Positions 15,409 through 23,706 of a stretch of 28,777 nucleotides of DNA are shown one piece after another. The stretch lies in IMG/VR virus record IMGVR_UViG_3300032232_001306, positions 1 through 28,777 of that record; one strand, given 5' to 3'. This stretch comes from a virus. Its lineage: Duplodnaviria > Caudoviricetes. A program made the position numbers and the translations under genes. Under the pieces are notes generated by a model. That model saw only the letters and a program-made list of their open reading frames with translations, was not told the DNA's origin and did not search any database. How positions within the stretch are numbered: position 1 is the stretch's first letter; every line of letters begins with the position of its first letter.

Positions 15409-16060
15409 AGTTCTTGATCTTGGTTTAGTTTACTATAAAAATATTGTAAATGATCCAGCATCCCTTATAGAAAAGATTGAAGAGTTAGACAGGAAATATG
15501 TTGAGGCTTCTCCTGCACCATATAAAACATCTGTGAAACCTTGGGTCCCATGGACTTACGGAGATGGAGAAAATAAACTTACATTTAATGTTCAAAAATT
15601 TATTCCACAAGTAAAGAATATACATGAATCAGATATTTATAAAGAAGAGCAAACCTTTATATCATCTGAGTTGTTTGGTGCATTAGATAAAACATTAAAC
15701 CATTACTCCACAGAACTATACCCCTTTGCAGAAAAAAATATTAAATCTAGAGAACATACCATGCATTTGCTCAGATACGATGAGACTGGTCATTTACCAG
15801 CGCACCAGGACCAGGGTATAAGTAGCAGAGTTCTTTCTGTTTTACTCTACCTTAATGACGATTATGAAGGTGGAGAAATAGAGTTTAGGCACTCTGGAAT
15901 TAAATTTAAGCCAGAGGCTGGAAGTGTTTTATTTTTTCCATCAAACTTTTTGTATGTTCACGAGGTATATCCTGTAACTCGTGGACCAAGATATGCATTG
16001 CCTAATTGGTATCATAATGTGCCTTTGCAGCAAAAGAGGGACTCTACAGGTGATGAATAA
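15368..16060 (+). CDS. prolyl-4-hydroxylase-like 2OG-Fe(II) oxygenase
   Basis: HQD, 'RVLSVLLYLNDDYEGGE', 'FPSNFLYVHEVYPVTRGPRY'; start could be TTG 15395. Confidence 0.88.
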   Translation: MNGKQRTTHLLNYEVLDLGLVYYKNIVNDPASLIEKIEELDRKYVEASPAPYKTSVKPWVPWTYGDGENKLTFNVQKFIPQVKNIHESDIYKEEQTFISSELFGALDKTLNHYSTELYPFAEKNIKSREHTMHLLRYDETGHLPAHQDQGISSRVLSVLLYLNDDYEGGEIEFRHSGIKFKPEAGSVLFFPSNFLYVHEVYPVTRGPRYALPNWYHNVPLQQKRDSTGDE

Positions 16061-16881
16061 TGGTTTTTTTTGCTAAAGATAAAAATAAAACTTCTTTTGA
16101 TTTTTTATGTGAGCATGATTCCTTTAGCCTTGTAAAAACCTGGTCTGGCAAATATCATTTACAAAGTTTTATATTTCAAGACTTTCCAAAAAAAGATTGT
16201 GATCAGATAAAGAATCCTCATACTGTTATATATGCTGGTTTTGAAAGTTGGAATCATAAAAATAAATTTCAGTTAAGGTCTGACGAACTAATTAAAGATC
16301 ACTCTAGCAAGAAACATGTTTTATTTAGTGGATGCTCACAAACATTTGGTTACGGAATAGATGATATTAAAAATACTTGGTCTCATTCTGTGTATAGAGA
16401 ACTTGAAGACTGCTCTGGCTACTACAATATATCAAGACCTGGAATTTCAATAATGGAAATTCTATATGATGTAAGACTGTATTGTGAAGAATACGGAATT
16501 CCAGACTCAATATTTTTACTTTTACCAGATTACACAAGAGAGATAACTACTTATGGTGCAGACTATAACTTAATAACAAAAGAAGAAAATGAGATGATTA
16601 AGTTAGTTCAAATAAAAAATGTCTTACTTTCTTTATGGGGTTTTGAAGATTTTTGTAAATTAAATGGAATTAGACTAATATATTCTACATGGGACTGGTT
16701 AACAGCACAACAACTTGTAAATTCTGGGCTCAATAATTTTTTTAGTCTTTATGGGGAAAATCTTTCTAATACTAAAAAATGGATTAATGGGTTGCAAAAA
16801 GATGGCCACTGGGATATTGAGCACCACAAAGAATTTGCTAAATTATTATTGGAGGAAATAAATGATAATCCTTGGGGTTAA
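16060..16881 (+). CDS. SGNH/GDSL-fold protein (acyl esterase or transferase)
   Basis: GCSQTFG block I, N.SRPG.S block II, DGH block V. Confidence 0.7.
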   Translation: MVFFAKDKNKTSFDFLCEHDSFSLVKTWSGKYHLQSFIFQDFPKKDCDQIKNPHTVIYAGFESWNHKNKFQLRSDELIKDHSSKKHVLFSGCSQTFGYGIDDIKNTWSHSVYRELEDCSGYYNISRPGISIMEILYDVRLYCEEYGIPDSIFLLLPDYTREITTYGADYNLITKEENEMIKLVQIKNVLLSLWGFEDFCKLNGIRLIYSTWDWLTAQQLVNSGLNNFFSLYGENLSNTKKWINGLQKDGHWDIEHHKEFAKLLLEEINDNPWG

Positions 16882-18286
16882 TGAAACATCTCACGACGCA
16901 TCTGTATCTTTAATAGAGGATGGAAAAATATTATTTGCTGGGCATGCAGAAAGATATAGTAAGCAAAAAAATGACTGGTACATCAATGATAGTTTAGTAA
17001 AAGATGCTTTGCAATATGGAAAACCAGATCATATAGCCTACTATGAAAAGCCTCTTCTAAAGGCCTCCAGGCTGGCTTTAAGGGGTGGTTCTGGAGATTG
17101 GAAGCCAAGGTTTGATATTGATGGAGTGCCAAGAAAATCTTTTGGACATCACTATTCTCATGCAGCAGCAGGATACTATACAAGTAAATTTGATAATGCC
17201 GTAATTGTTGTTCTTGATGCAATGGGTGAATATAATACTTCAACAATTTGGGTTGGAGAAGGAGACAAGATCAGACTTAAGTATAAACAAAACTATCCAG
17301 TTAGTTTTGGATTATTCTATTCTGCTTTCACACAACTAATAGGCCTAATGCCAAATCAAGAAGAATATATTATGATGGGTATGGCAGCATATGGCGACTG
17401 GACAAAATATTACAGAAAAATTGATGACTATTTTCCAAAGTATAATCAACAAAAATATAACTTTCATAAAGGAATTACTGACTGGGGATGGATTGAGTCT
17501 GAGCAGGATAAGTTTGATATTGCTGCTGCAGTTCAGTTTGTTTATCAACAAAGGCTAAATGAATTTATGCATATGGCGTACAATATAACGGGCAAAGACA
17601 ACCTTGTGTTTATGGGTGGTTGCGCTTTAAACTCTTCTGCCAACACCCTGTTATGGAATATTTTTGGTGATGTTTGGATTATGCCCAACCCAGGAGATGC
17701 TGGAAGTTCTTTGGGTGCAGCAGCAGCGTTATATGGAAAACATATTGAATGGAAAGATCCATACCTAGGTCACGACTTAGGCGGGGAATATCCAGTTGAA
17801 AAAATAATTGACGGCATACTAAAAGATGGAATTGTAGCAGTAGCAACAGGAAGAGCAGAGTATGGTCCAAGAGCGTTAGGTAATAGAAGTATCCTTGCTG
17901 ATCCAAGAGATCCACTAATAAAAGACAAAGTTAATCTAATTAAACAAAGAGAACTCTTTAGGCCATTTGCTCCAGTTGTTATGGAGGAGTTTGCAGACAA
18001 ATGGTTCGATATGGACTTTGATTCTCCGTATATGCAGTATACGGTTAAATGTTTACAGCCAGATAAAATACCGTCAGTGGTACATAAAGATGGAACGTCA
18101 AGGGTTCAGACTGTAAATAAAGATCAACACCGTGGCTTGTGGAGGACTTTGAATAAGTTTTACTTACAGACTGGGGTGCCAGTTCTTCTTAATACTAGCC
18201 TTAATATTAAAGGCCAGCCATTACTCAATGATGAACTAGACATTCAAGCATGGGAAAAAGCATACAACTTTACAATTACACGCTAA
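16862..18286 (+). CDS. carbamoyltransferase (NodU/CmcH/TobZ family)
   Basis: HDAS, ER..K.K, HH.SHA, MGMAAYG, GGCALN, DAG.SLGAA, EYGPRALGNRS, RPFAP, HKDGTSRVQTV, LNTSLN. Confidence 0.95.
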   Translation: MIILGVNETSHDASVSLIEDGKILFAGHAERYSKQKNDWYINDSLVKDALQYGKPDHIAYYEKPLLKASRLALRGGSGDWKPRFDIDGVPRKSFGHHYSHAAAGYYTSKFDNAVIVVLDAMGEYNTSTIWVGEGDKIRLKYKQNYPVSFGLFYSAFTQLIGLMPNQEEYIMMGMAAYGDWTKYYRKIDDYFPKYNQQKYNFHKGITDWGWIESEQDKFDIAAAVQFVYQQRLNEFMHMAYNITGKDNLVFMGGCALNSSANTLLWNIFGDVWIMPNPGDAGSSLGAAAALYGKHIEWKDPYLGHDLGGEYPVEKIIDGILKDGIVAVATGRAEYGPRALGNRSILADPRDPLIKDKVNLIKQRELFRPFAPVVMEEFADKWFDMDFDSPYMQYTVKCLQPDKIPSVVHKDGTSRVQTVNKDQHRGLWRTLNKFYLQTGVPVLLNTSLNIKGQPLLNDELDIQAWEKAYNFTITR

Positions 18287-18297
18287 TCTGGTATAAT
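18269..18297 (+). promoter_or_regulatory. promoter TTTACA-N17-TATAAT with TG
   Basis: Upstream of the AGGAGG RBS of the endolysin. Confidence 0.7.
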
Positions 18298-18323
18298 TAA
18301 TACATATCCTATAGGAGGAAAAA

Positions 18324-18866
18324 ATGGCTGATAAAGGAACATTAAAAGCAATCATTGAGGTTGCAAAGAAAGAAGTGGGCACAATTGAAGGCCCTAAAGA
18401 TAATGAAACAAAATACGGCGCATGGATGAAGGTAAACTTCCAACCATGGTGCCAGTCATTCGTTTCTTGGTGTGCAATGACGGCAGGGGTTCCAAAGTTT
18501 CCAAAGTCTGCATCAACAGTAGCAGCATCAGATCAATTTAAAAAGGAAGGTCGTTGGGCAGATGCTCGTAACGATGATCCAACTCCAGGAGACTGGATCT
18601 ATTTTGATTTTCCAGATGATGGCGTCAATAGAATTTCTCATGTTGGTCTTTGTATTAAGAACAATGGTGATGGAACAATTCAGGTTATTGAGGGAAATAC
18701 TTCAGGAACTGCAAAGGGAGACCAACGCAACGGTGGAATGTGTGTAGAAAAAACTCGTGGTTATGTAAAAGACAACAAGAAGAAGTTAATCAATGCTGTT
18801 GTTGGCTGGGGTCGTCCAGTATATGTTGGAGAAGAAAACACACCTTTGCTAAGTAAGGTAAAGTAA
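18324..18866 (+). CDS. CHAP-domain peptidoglycan hydrolase (endolysin)
   Basis: PWCxxFVSW (Cys), SHVG (His), IEGN. Confidence 0.85.
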   Translation: MADKGTLKAIIEVAKKEVGTIEGPKDNETKYGAWMKVNFQPWCQSFVSWCAMTAGVPKFPKSASTVAASDQFKKEGRWADARNDDPTPGDWIYFDFPDDGVNRISHVGLCIKNNGDGTIQVIEGNTSGTAKGDQRNGGMCVEKTRGYVKDNKKKLINAVVGWGRPVYVGEENTPLLSKVK

Positions 18867-19066
18867 TGGAATCAACTAAGAGAACTTTACTTAAAACAGC
18901 CAGTTGGGAAACATTTCACCTTGTTGGTGTTGCGGGAGTTATCTACTTGTTTACTGGAGAATGGGAATATGCAAGCCTTGGTGCATTAATCTATATTGCA
19001 TGGGAAGCGCTAGGATATTTCATACATGAAAGACTTTGGGCAAAACTTGGAAAGAGGGTAAAGTAA
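18866..19066 (+). CDS. DUF2061-like small membrane protein
   Basis: ES..R.L.K..SW, Y..HER.W. Confidence 0.7.
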   Translation: MESTKRTLLKTASWETFHLVGVAGVIYLFTGEWEYASLGALIYIAWEALGYFIHERLWAKLGKRVK

Positions 19067-19164
19067 TGAGAATTAAACTTATCAAAGCGTTTGTATCTAT
19101 CTTAGGATATAAACTAGAAGATACAAAAGTTAATCTTCCTGTCTGGCAACTAAAGAAGAAGTAG
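19066..19164 (+). CDS. small hypothetical protein (32 aa)
   Basis: MRIKLIKAFVSILGYKLEDTKVNLPVWQLKKK exactly fills the gap, with a TAATG overlap and an abutting ATG. Confidence 0.5.
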   Translation: MRIKLIKAFVSILGYKLEDTKVNLPVWQLKKK

Positions 19165-19350
19165 ATGCCAGCGTACGAATATGATTGCATGGCTTGTGCT
19201 ATTAGGTATACAAAAGTAAGAGGTATATCAGAAGACGATCCAGGATACAACTGTGAGACTTGCAATAGTCAACTAGTTCGTGTATACTCTAATATAGGGG
19301 CAGTATTCAACGGTAGTGGATTTTATTCCACTGATAATAGAAAGCGGTAG
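19165..19350 (+). CDS. FmdB-family zinc ribbon protein
   Basis: MP.YEY.CxxC...CxxC...F.GSGFY.TD. Confidence 0.85.
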   Translation: MPAYEYDCMACAIRYTKVRGISEDDPGYNCETCNSQLVRVYSNIGAVFNGSGFYSTDNRKR

Positions 19351-19354
19351 TATA

Positions 19355-19585
19355 ATGTTTACAATGCTAAAAGATGAAGTCAAGCAAGACTGGCAACTCT
19401 CACCACTTGACAGATGTGATAGATGTAATGCCGAAGCCCTTGTAAAGGTTTCTGGTATTTCTGGAGAATTGTTATTTTGTGGTCACCACTATAACAAGGT
19501 TATGGACAATGCCGTAGGATATGATAAAATGATGAAATTTGCAATTCAAATTACTGATGAGCGACAAAAACTAGTTAAGGAATAA
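19355..19585 (+). CDS. actinobacterial-type zinc-finger protein
   Basis: DRCDRC.A.A...L.FCGHH; start ATG 19355 or 19364. Confidence 0.7.
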   Translation: MFTMLKDEVKQDWQLSPLDRCDRCNAEALVKVSGISGELLFCGHHYNKVMDNAVGYDKMMKFAIQITDERQKLVKE

Positions 19586-19586
19586 T

Positions 19587-20345
19587 ATGATTATACAGGT
19601 TATTGGCCTTCCAGGTTCTGGAAAAACAGAACTATCCAAGGCTTTAAAAGAAAGAATTAACGCTATTCATCTTAATGCAGATGAGGTACGTGCTACGGTT
19701 AACTCAGACCTTGGTTTTAGCCCTGAAGATAGGCTAGAGCAGGCAAGGCGTATGGGGGAAATGGCAAGACTTATCTCAAAGCAAGGTGTAGCACCTGTCA
19801 TTGCTGACTTTGTTTGTCCAACAGACTTAACTCGTGCTGCATTTGGAAAGCCAGATATTTTAATTTGGGTAGACAGAATTGAGTCTGGAAGGTTTGAAGA
19901 TACTAACAAGATGTGGGAAGATCCAGAATATTGTGATATTCGTATCAACTTAGGTATGACTGTAGACGAAGAGGTTGATCTTATCATTACTGCTTGCCAG
20001 TTACACGACTGGACAGCCCCTACAACACTTATGCTGGGTAGGTATCAGCCTTGGCACGAGGGTCACCACGCCCTTTACAAGGAGGCTGGTAAGAGAACTG
20101 ACCAAGTGCTATTGGGAGTACGCAATACATACAATACAAGCGAGAAAGATCCACTTAAGTTTGATCAGGTAAAAGAATATATTGCCAAAGATGAATTTAT
20201 GGATGGCGCATTAGTGCTAAGACTTCCTAACATTACCAACATTGTATATGGTCGTGACGTAGGCTATAAAATTGAGCAAGTAGATCTTGGTGCAGACATT
20301 CACGCTATCTCTGCTACACAAAAACGCAAGGATTTGGGTATCTAA
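19587..20345 (+). CDS. adenylyl-sulfate kinase (CysC)-like domain fused to an HxGH nucleotidyltransferase domain
   Basis: GLPGSGKT, L.AD.VR...DLGFS.EDR...RRMG, and then GRYQPWHEGH and ISAT. Confidence 0.8.
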   Translation: MIIQVIGLPGSGKTELSKALKERINAIHLNADEVRATVNSDLGFSPEDRLEQARRMGEMARLISKQGVAPVIADFVCPTDLTRAAFGKPDILIWVDRIESGRFEDTNKMWEDPEYCDIRINLGMTVDEEVDLIITACQLHDWTAPTTLMLGRYQPWHEGHHALYKEAGKRTDQVLLGVRNTYNTSEKDPLKFDQVKEYIAKDEFMDGALVLRLPNITNIVYGRDVGYKIEQVDLGADIHAISATQKRKDLGI

Positions 20346-20903
20346 ATGTTAAAAGGTGATGAAGATTTTGAAATTGAACTAAAAAATATCTTTGACGTTT
20401 CATCACTAAAAAAAATTGTTAAAAATTTTGATAAAGAGTGGTTAATAGATACAAGAAGACAGGAAACAGAGTATACACATAAAGACACTATGTCTTATTT
20501 TATCTACAAACATCCACTTGATTGGAAACTTGGTCAAAATTATATGGGTACAGATGTTGGAGCAGATGCAACTATTAAAGTACTTGTTGATCCAATTGTA
20601 AAAAATTTAGAAAGTTTATACAATGGAAAAGTTGGACAGTGCCTTTTGATTAAACTTCCAGGCAATGAAAGTATAAGAAAACATTTTGATAGCGGAGATT
20701 ATCTTATGTCTGCACGAAGAAATCATATACCAATTATAACAAATAAAAATGTTACTTTTACTGTAGGGAATAAAACAGTTAGCATGTCTGAAGGCGAGTG
20801 CTGGGAAATAAACAATGCAAAAAATCACTCTGTAAATAACAATAGCCCAGACTACCGTGTAAATCTTTTAATTGATATTTTACCAAACAGGTTTTTCCTA
20901 TGA
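20346..20903 (+). CDS. aspartyl/asparaginyl beta-hydroxylase-like 2OG-Fe(II) oxygenase
   Basis: I.KHFD, R.HIPIITN, GE.WEINN...HSV.N, RV.LLID. Confidence 0.85.
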   Translation: MLKGDEDFEIELKNIFDVSSLKKIVKNFDKEWLIDTRRQETEYTHKDTMSYFIYKHPLDWKLGQNYMGTDVGADATIKVLVDPIVKNLESLYNGKVGQCLLIKLPGNESIRKHFDSGDYLMSARRNHIPIITNKNVTFTVGNKTVSMSEGECWEINNAKNHSVNNNSPDYRVNLLIDILPNRFFL

Positions 20904-21028
20904 TTATAATTAAAATACTTAAAAAGATTTTTAATTATATAGAAAATGCTGGCAAAGCAATGAATGATGCTGAAGACCGAATGGTATCAGCAATGTTTGA
21001 GAAGAAAGATAAAGATGACAGTAACTAA
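20900..21028 (+). CDS. small hypothetical protein (42 aa)
   Basis: ATGA overlap; MIIIKILKKIFNYIENAGKAMNDAEDRMVSAMFEKKDKDDSN. Confidence 0.4.
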   Translation: MIIIKILKKIFNYIENAGKAMNDAEDRMVSAMFEKKDKDDSN

Positions 21029-21218
21029 GGCCAGATCTTTTGCCAAGGCATTAAGTTATCGCATATGGGGAACACTATCTTCATTTGTTGTTGCTTATGT
21101 CATTACTGGAGACGCAACTCTTTCAGGAGCAATTGCCTTTTGGGAAACGGTAGTTAAAGTATTTATCTACTACGCACATGAGCGTGGATGGAACTATATA
21201 CAATGGGGGAGAAAATAA
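21015..21218 (+). CDS. DUF2061 small membrane protein
   Basis: RS.AKALSYRI.GT...K...YY.HER.W..I.WG; ATG 21015 preferred. Confidence 0.8.
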   Translation: MTVTKARSFAKALSYRIWGTLSSFVVAYVITGDATLSGAIAFWETVVKVFIYYAHERGWNYIQWGRK

Positions 21219-21625
21219 TGTATGAATACTATGTAAGAAAAGTAGAGAATGTAGTAGATGGAGATACCATTGACGTTCTTATTGATTTAGGGTTTGATAT
21301 CCTGTTTGCATCTCGTGTAAGATTGGCTGGTATTGATACCCCAGAGTCTCGCACAAAGGATCTTGCTGAGAAGGCTCTTGGCCTTGAGGCCAAAGAGTAC
21401 CTAAAGAAGTCTCTAAAGGATGCTAAGTCTGTTGTGATCAAGACTGAGAAGATGGACTCATCTGAAAAGTATGGTCGTATTTTAGGCTGGGTATATGTAG
21501 ATGGTAATACAGTATCTCTTAATGACATGATGATCAACGATGGTTATGCATGGGGATATCTTGGAGATACAAAAGTTAAAGATTTTGGAGCACTTGCAAA
21601 GGCAAGAAAGAAGTCTGGAAAGTGA
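21218..21625 (+). CDS. thermonuclease (SNase-like)
   Basis: VVDGDT, RVRLAGIDTPE, KYGRIL. Confidence 0.92.
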   Translation: MYEYYVRKVENVVDGDTIDVLIDLGFDILFASRVRLAGIDTPESRTKDLAEKALGLEAKEYLKKSLKDAKSVVIKTEKMDSSEKYGRILGWVYVDGNTVSLNDMMINDGYAWGYLGDTKVKDFGALAKARKKSGK

Positions 21626-21873
21626 GTCATGTCCTTTATTTTACTGCTGACTGGTGCAATCCCTGTTCAAGAACAAGGCCAGTAGCAGAAGAATTAAAAA
21701 GAGATGGCTTAATAGATTTTATTTTTGTTGATGCTGATATTGAATTAGAACTTCTTGAAGAGTTTGGTATTAAATCAGTACCAACATATATACTTATTAG
21801 AGATGGCCCAGAAGTAAAAAGAATGAGTGGCTCAAAGAGTCGTGAACAATTCTTAAATTTTATTGAGGAGTAA
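21622..21873 (+). CDS. thioredoxin
   Basis: F.A.WCNPC and SVPT. Confidence 0.9.
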   Translation: MSHVLYFTADWCNPCSRTRPVAEELKRDGLIDFIFVDADIELELLEEFGIKSVPTYILIRDGPEVKRMSGSKSREQFLNFIEE

Positions 21874-21874
21874 A

Positions 21875-22099
21875 GTGAATATAAAAAATGAAGCAATGAT
21901 AGAGCACTTGCTTATGCAAGGTGCTATAGAGGTAAGCGGTATTGATGATAAAACTGGAACATTTTTATATGGAATTACGGATAAACTAAAAGAAGTAAGC
22001 CCAGAACTATATGAAAATCTAGAAGGACAGTTTAGATCAAACATGTTTAGAATACTTGAGGCTGGACCAAAAGTGATGACTTGGAGAATAAATGAATGA
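21875..22099 (+). CDS. hypothetical protein, paralog of the downstream gene
   Basis: GAGGAG RBS then GTG 21875; IE.L..QGA.EV.G.D motif. Confidence 0.7.
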   Translation: MNIKNEAMIEHLLMQGAIEVSGIDDKTGTFLYGITDKLKEVSPELYENLEGQFRSNMFRILEAGPKVMTWRINE

Positions 22100-22418
22100 A
22101 GATGAAATAATTGAAGATCTAATCCTTCAAGGAGCATTAGAGGTTGCTGGTTTAGACATTGAGTCGGGCGATATGTTATATAATTTTACACCAAAACTTC
22201 AATCAATAAATCCAGAACTTCATAATGAGTTTTCAAAATATTTTTCTAGTGAGACTCAGGCTTTATGGGAGCATGGATTTTTAGAGATGGATCCAACAGA
22301 AGAAAATCCTATAGTTAGATTAACAGAAAAAGCATTAAATGAAGAAGAAGTTTTAAAACTTGAAAAAGATAGACAATACACATTAAAAGAAATTATTAGA
22401 ATAATTATATCAAGATAG
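22092..22418 (+). CDS. hypothetical protein (possible winged helix)
   Basis: IEDLILQGALEVAGLD; LWEHGFL...VRLT. Confidence 0.7.
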   Translation: MNEDEIIEDLILQGALEVAGLDIESGDMLYNFTPKLQSINPELHNEFSKYFSSETQALWEHGFLEMDPTEENPIVRLTEKALNEEEVLKLEKDRQYTLKEIIRIIISR

Positions 22419-22433
22419 ATTGGGTGGAATGCT

Positions 22434-22862
22434 ATGGATTTTGTTGCTGGGTCAATACTTACATTCTTTTTATTTTTCTTTACAGTTAGAATGATTCAGA
22501 GTAATAAAACTATCAATGATCCGATCCCAACAATAAGGTACAGTCAAAGTCATTTACACTCTATTGTTTCGCCTTTGCTTCCGTTGATACCAAAACAACA
22601 AAAGCAAAAAAATAGTCAGTCTATGGAGTTAGATAAAAAAAGAAATATAAAGGTAATAATTGTTGATAATCTTGCTTATTGGATTAAAGATAATAAGTTC
22701 TATGTTGCCGATATGGACGGGACAGACGTAGATGGATCAACTTCACGTATAGTTGACACAATGGGTATGGATAAGATACAATTAGATAAGATGCTGTTTA
22801 TAATGGATCAACTTAGAGAAGGGAAGGATGTTTCTGATGATAGTGGCGATTCAGGGTACTAG
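22434..22862 (+). CDS. membrane-anchored hypothetical protein
   Basis: N-terminal TM helix. Confidence 0.7.
   Translation: MDFVAGSILTFFLFFFTVRMIQSNKTINDPIPTIRYSQSHLHSIVSPLLPLIPKQQKQKNSQSMELDKKRNIKVIIVDNLAYWIKDNKFYVADMDGTDVDGSTSRIVDTMGMDKIQLDKMLFIMDQLREGKDVSDDSGDSGY
22753..22782 (+). promoter_or_regulatory. internal promoter TTGACA-N18-TACAAT
   Basis: Within the 3' end of the gene, about 55 nt before the next start. Confidence 0.5.
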
Positions 22863-23193
22863 TACCTTTGATGATTATAACGTGCTTCTTAGAGCAATGG
22901 GAGTTGCAATGTCTACTTTAAAACAAGAAGATAGTATCCTTGAAATCTATAGCGCTGGTCCTGGAAATATTAATGCAATGGTTTCTGAATTTGTAAACTT
23001 ATCGGAAAGAGGCTTAAAGTCTCGTGGTAAAAAAATTAAGTTTGAGAAGGTTGCGCCAGCAGTAATAGATCAAAAAATGTATGCAGGAGAGATAAACTTT
23101 TTTGCATTTTTAAGTAAACCAAATGAGAGAGCCTCAAAATTGGTAGAGTTGGCAAAAGACTATAATGTTGACTCTGGTGTTTTTCAATACTAA
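22837..23193 (+). CDS. hypothetical protein, possibly SLOG/DUF2493-like Rossmannoid
   Basis: IVAIQG...F.DY N-terminus; start 22837 or 22828. Confidence 0.55.
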   Translation: MIVAIQGTSTFDDYNVLLRAMGVAMSTLKQEDSILEIYSAGPGNINAMVSEFVNLSERGLKSRGKKIKFEKVAPAVIDQKMYAGEINFFAFLSKPNERASKLVELAKDYNVDSGVFQY

Positions 23194-23204
23194 TAGGAGA
23201 AAAA

Positions 23205-23414
23205 ATGATTATTAAAGAACTAGAACAAATGGAATCAATCGTTTCAAAAAACAAGGCTTTGTCTTGGGATGGATGGACAGTAGTTAGTTCATATCCTTCT
23301 GACCGTGCATCTGTTTCTAAAAATGGAGCAATGGTAAATGGTAAATGGTGCATGGTAAGCAAAATTTCACCAAATAGAGATGGCTGGGATATACCAGATA
23401 AGTATTTGAGATAA
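23205..23414 (+). CDS. hypothetical phage protein (WDGW)
   Basis: AGGAG RBS; 69 aa. Confidence 0.7.
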   Translation: MIIKELEQMESIVSKNKALSWDGWTVVSSYPSDRASVSKNGAMVNGKWCMVSKISPNRDGWDIPDKYLR

Positions 23415-23415
23415 T

Positions 23416-23706
23416 ATGAATAAGCATGAATGGAAAGATGAAGCGTTATGCTTAGACTATGACACAAATATATTCTTTGAAAAATATGAAGATCAGCCAG
23501 AGTTAAGGTTTGCAGTTGATAAACTTTGCCATTCTTGTCCAGTTAGGACAACTTGTTTTGCAGTTGGTGTTACTGGAAAAGAATATGGAATCTGGGGCGG
23601 TATATATTTAGAAGATGGTAAAATATCTAAAGAATTTAATAGGCATAAAACAAAAGCAATGTGGGGTTCAACCTGGCAAGTGCTTACAACATCTGGAGAT
23701 GAGTAG
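23416..23706 (+). CDS. whiB: WhiB-family Fe-S transcription factor
   Basis: W...A.C, FF, CxxCPVxxxC, GIWGG. Confidence 0.92.
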   Translation: MNKHEWKDEALCLDYDTNIFFEKYEDQPELRFAVDKLCHSCPVRTTCFAVGVTGKEYGIWGGIYLEDGKISKEFNRHKTKAMWGSTWQVLTTSGDE

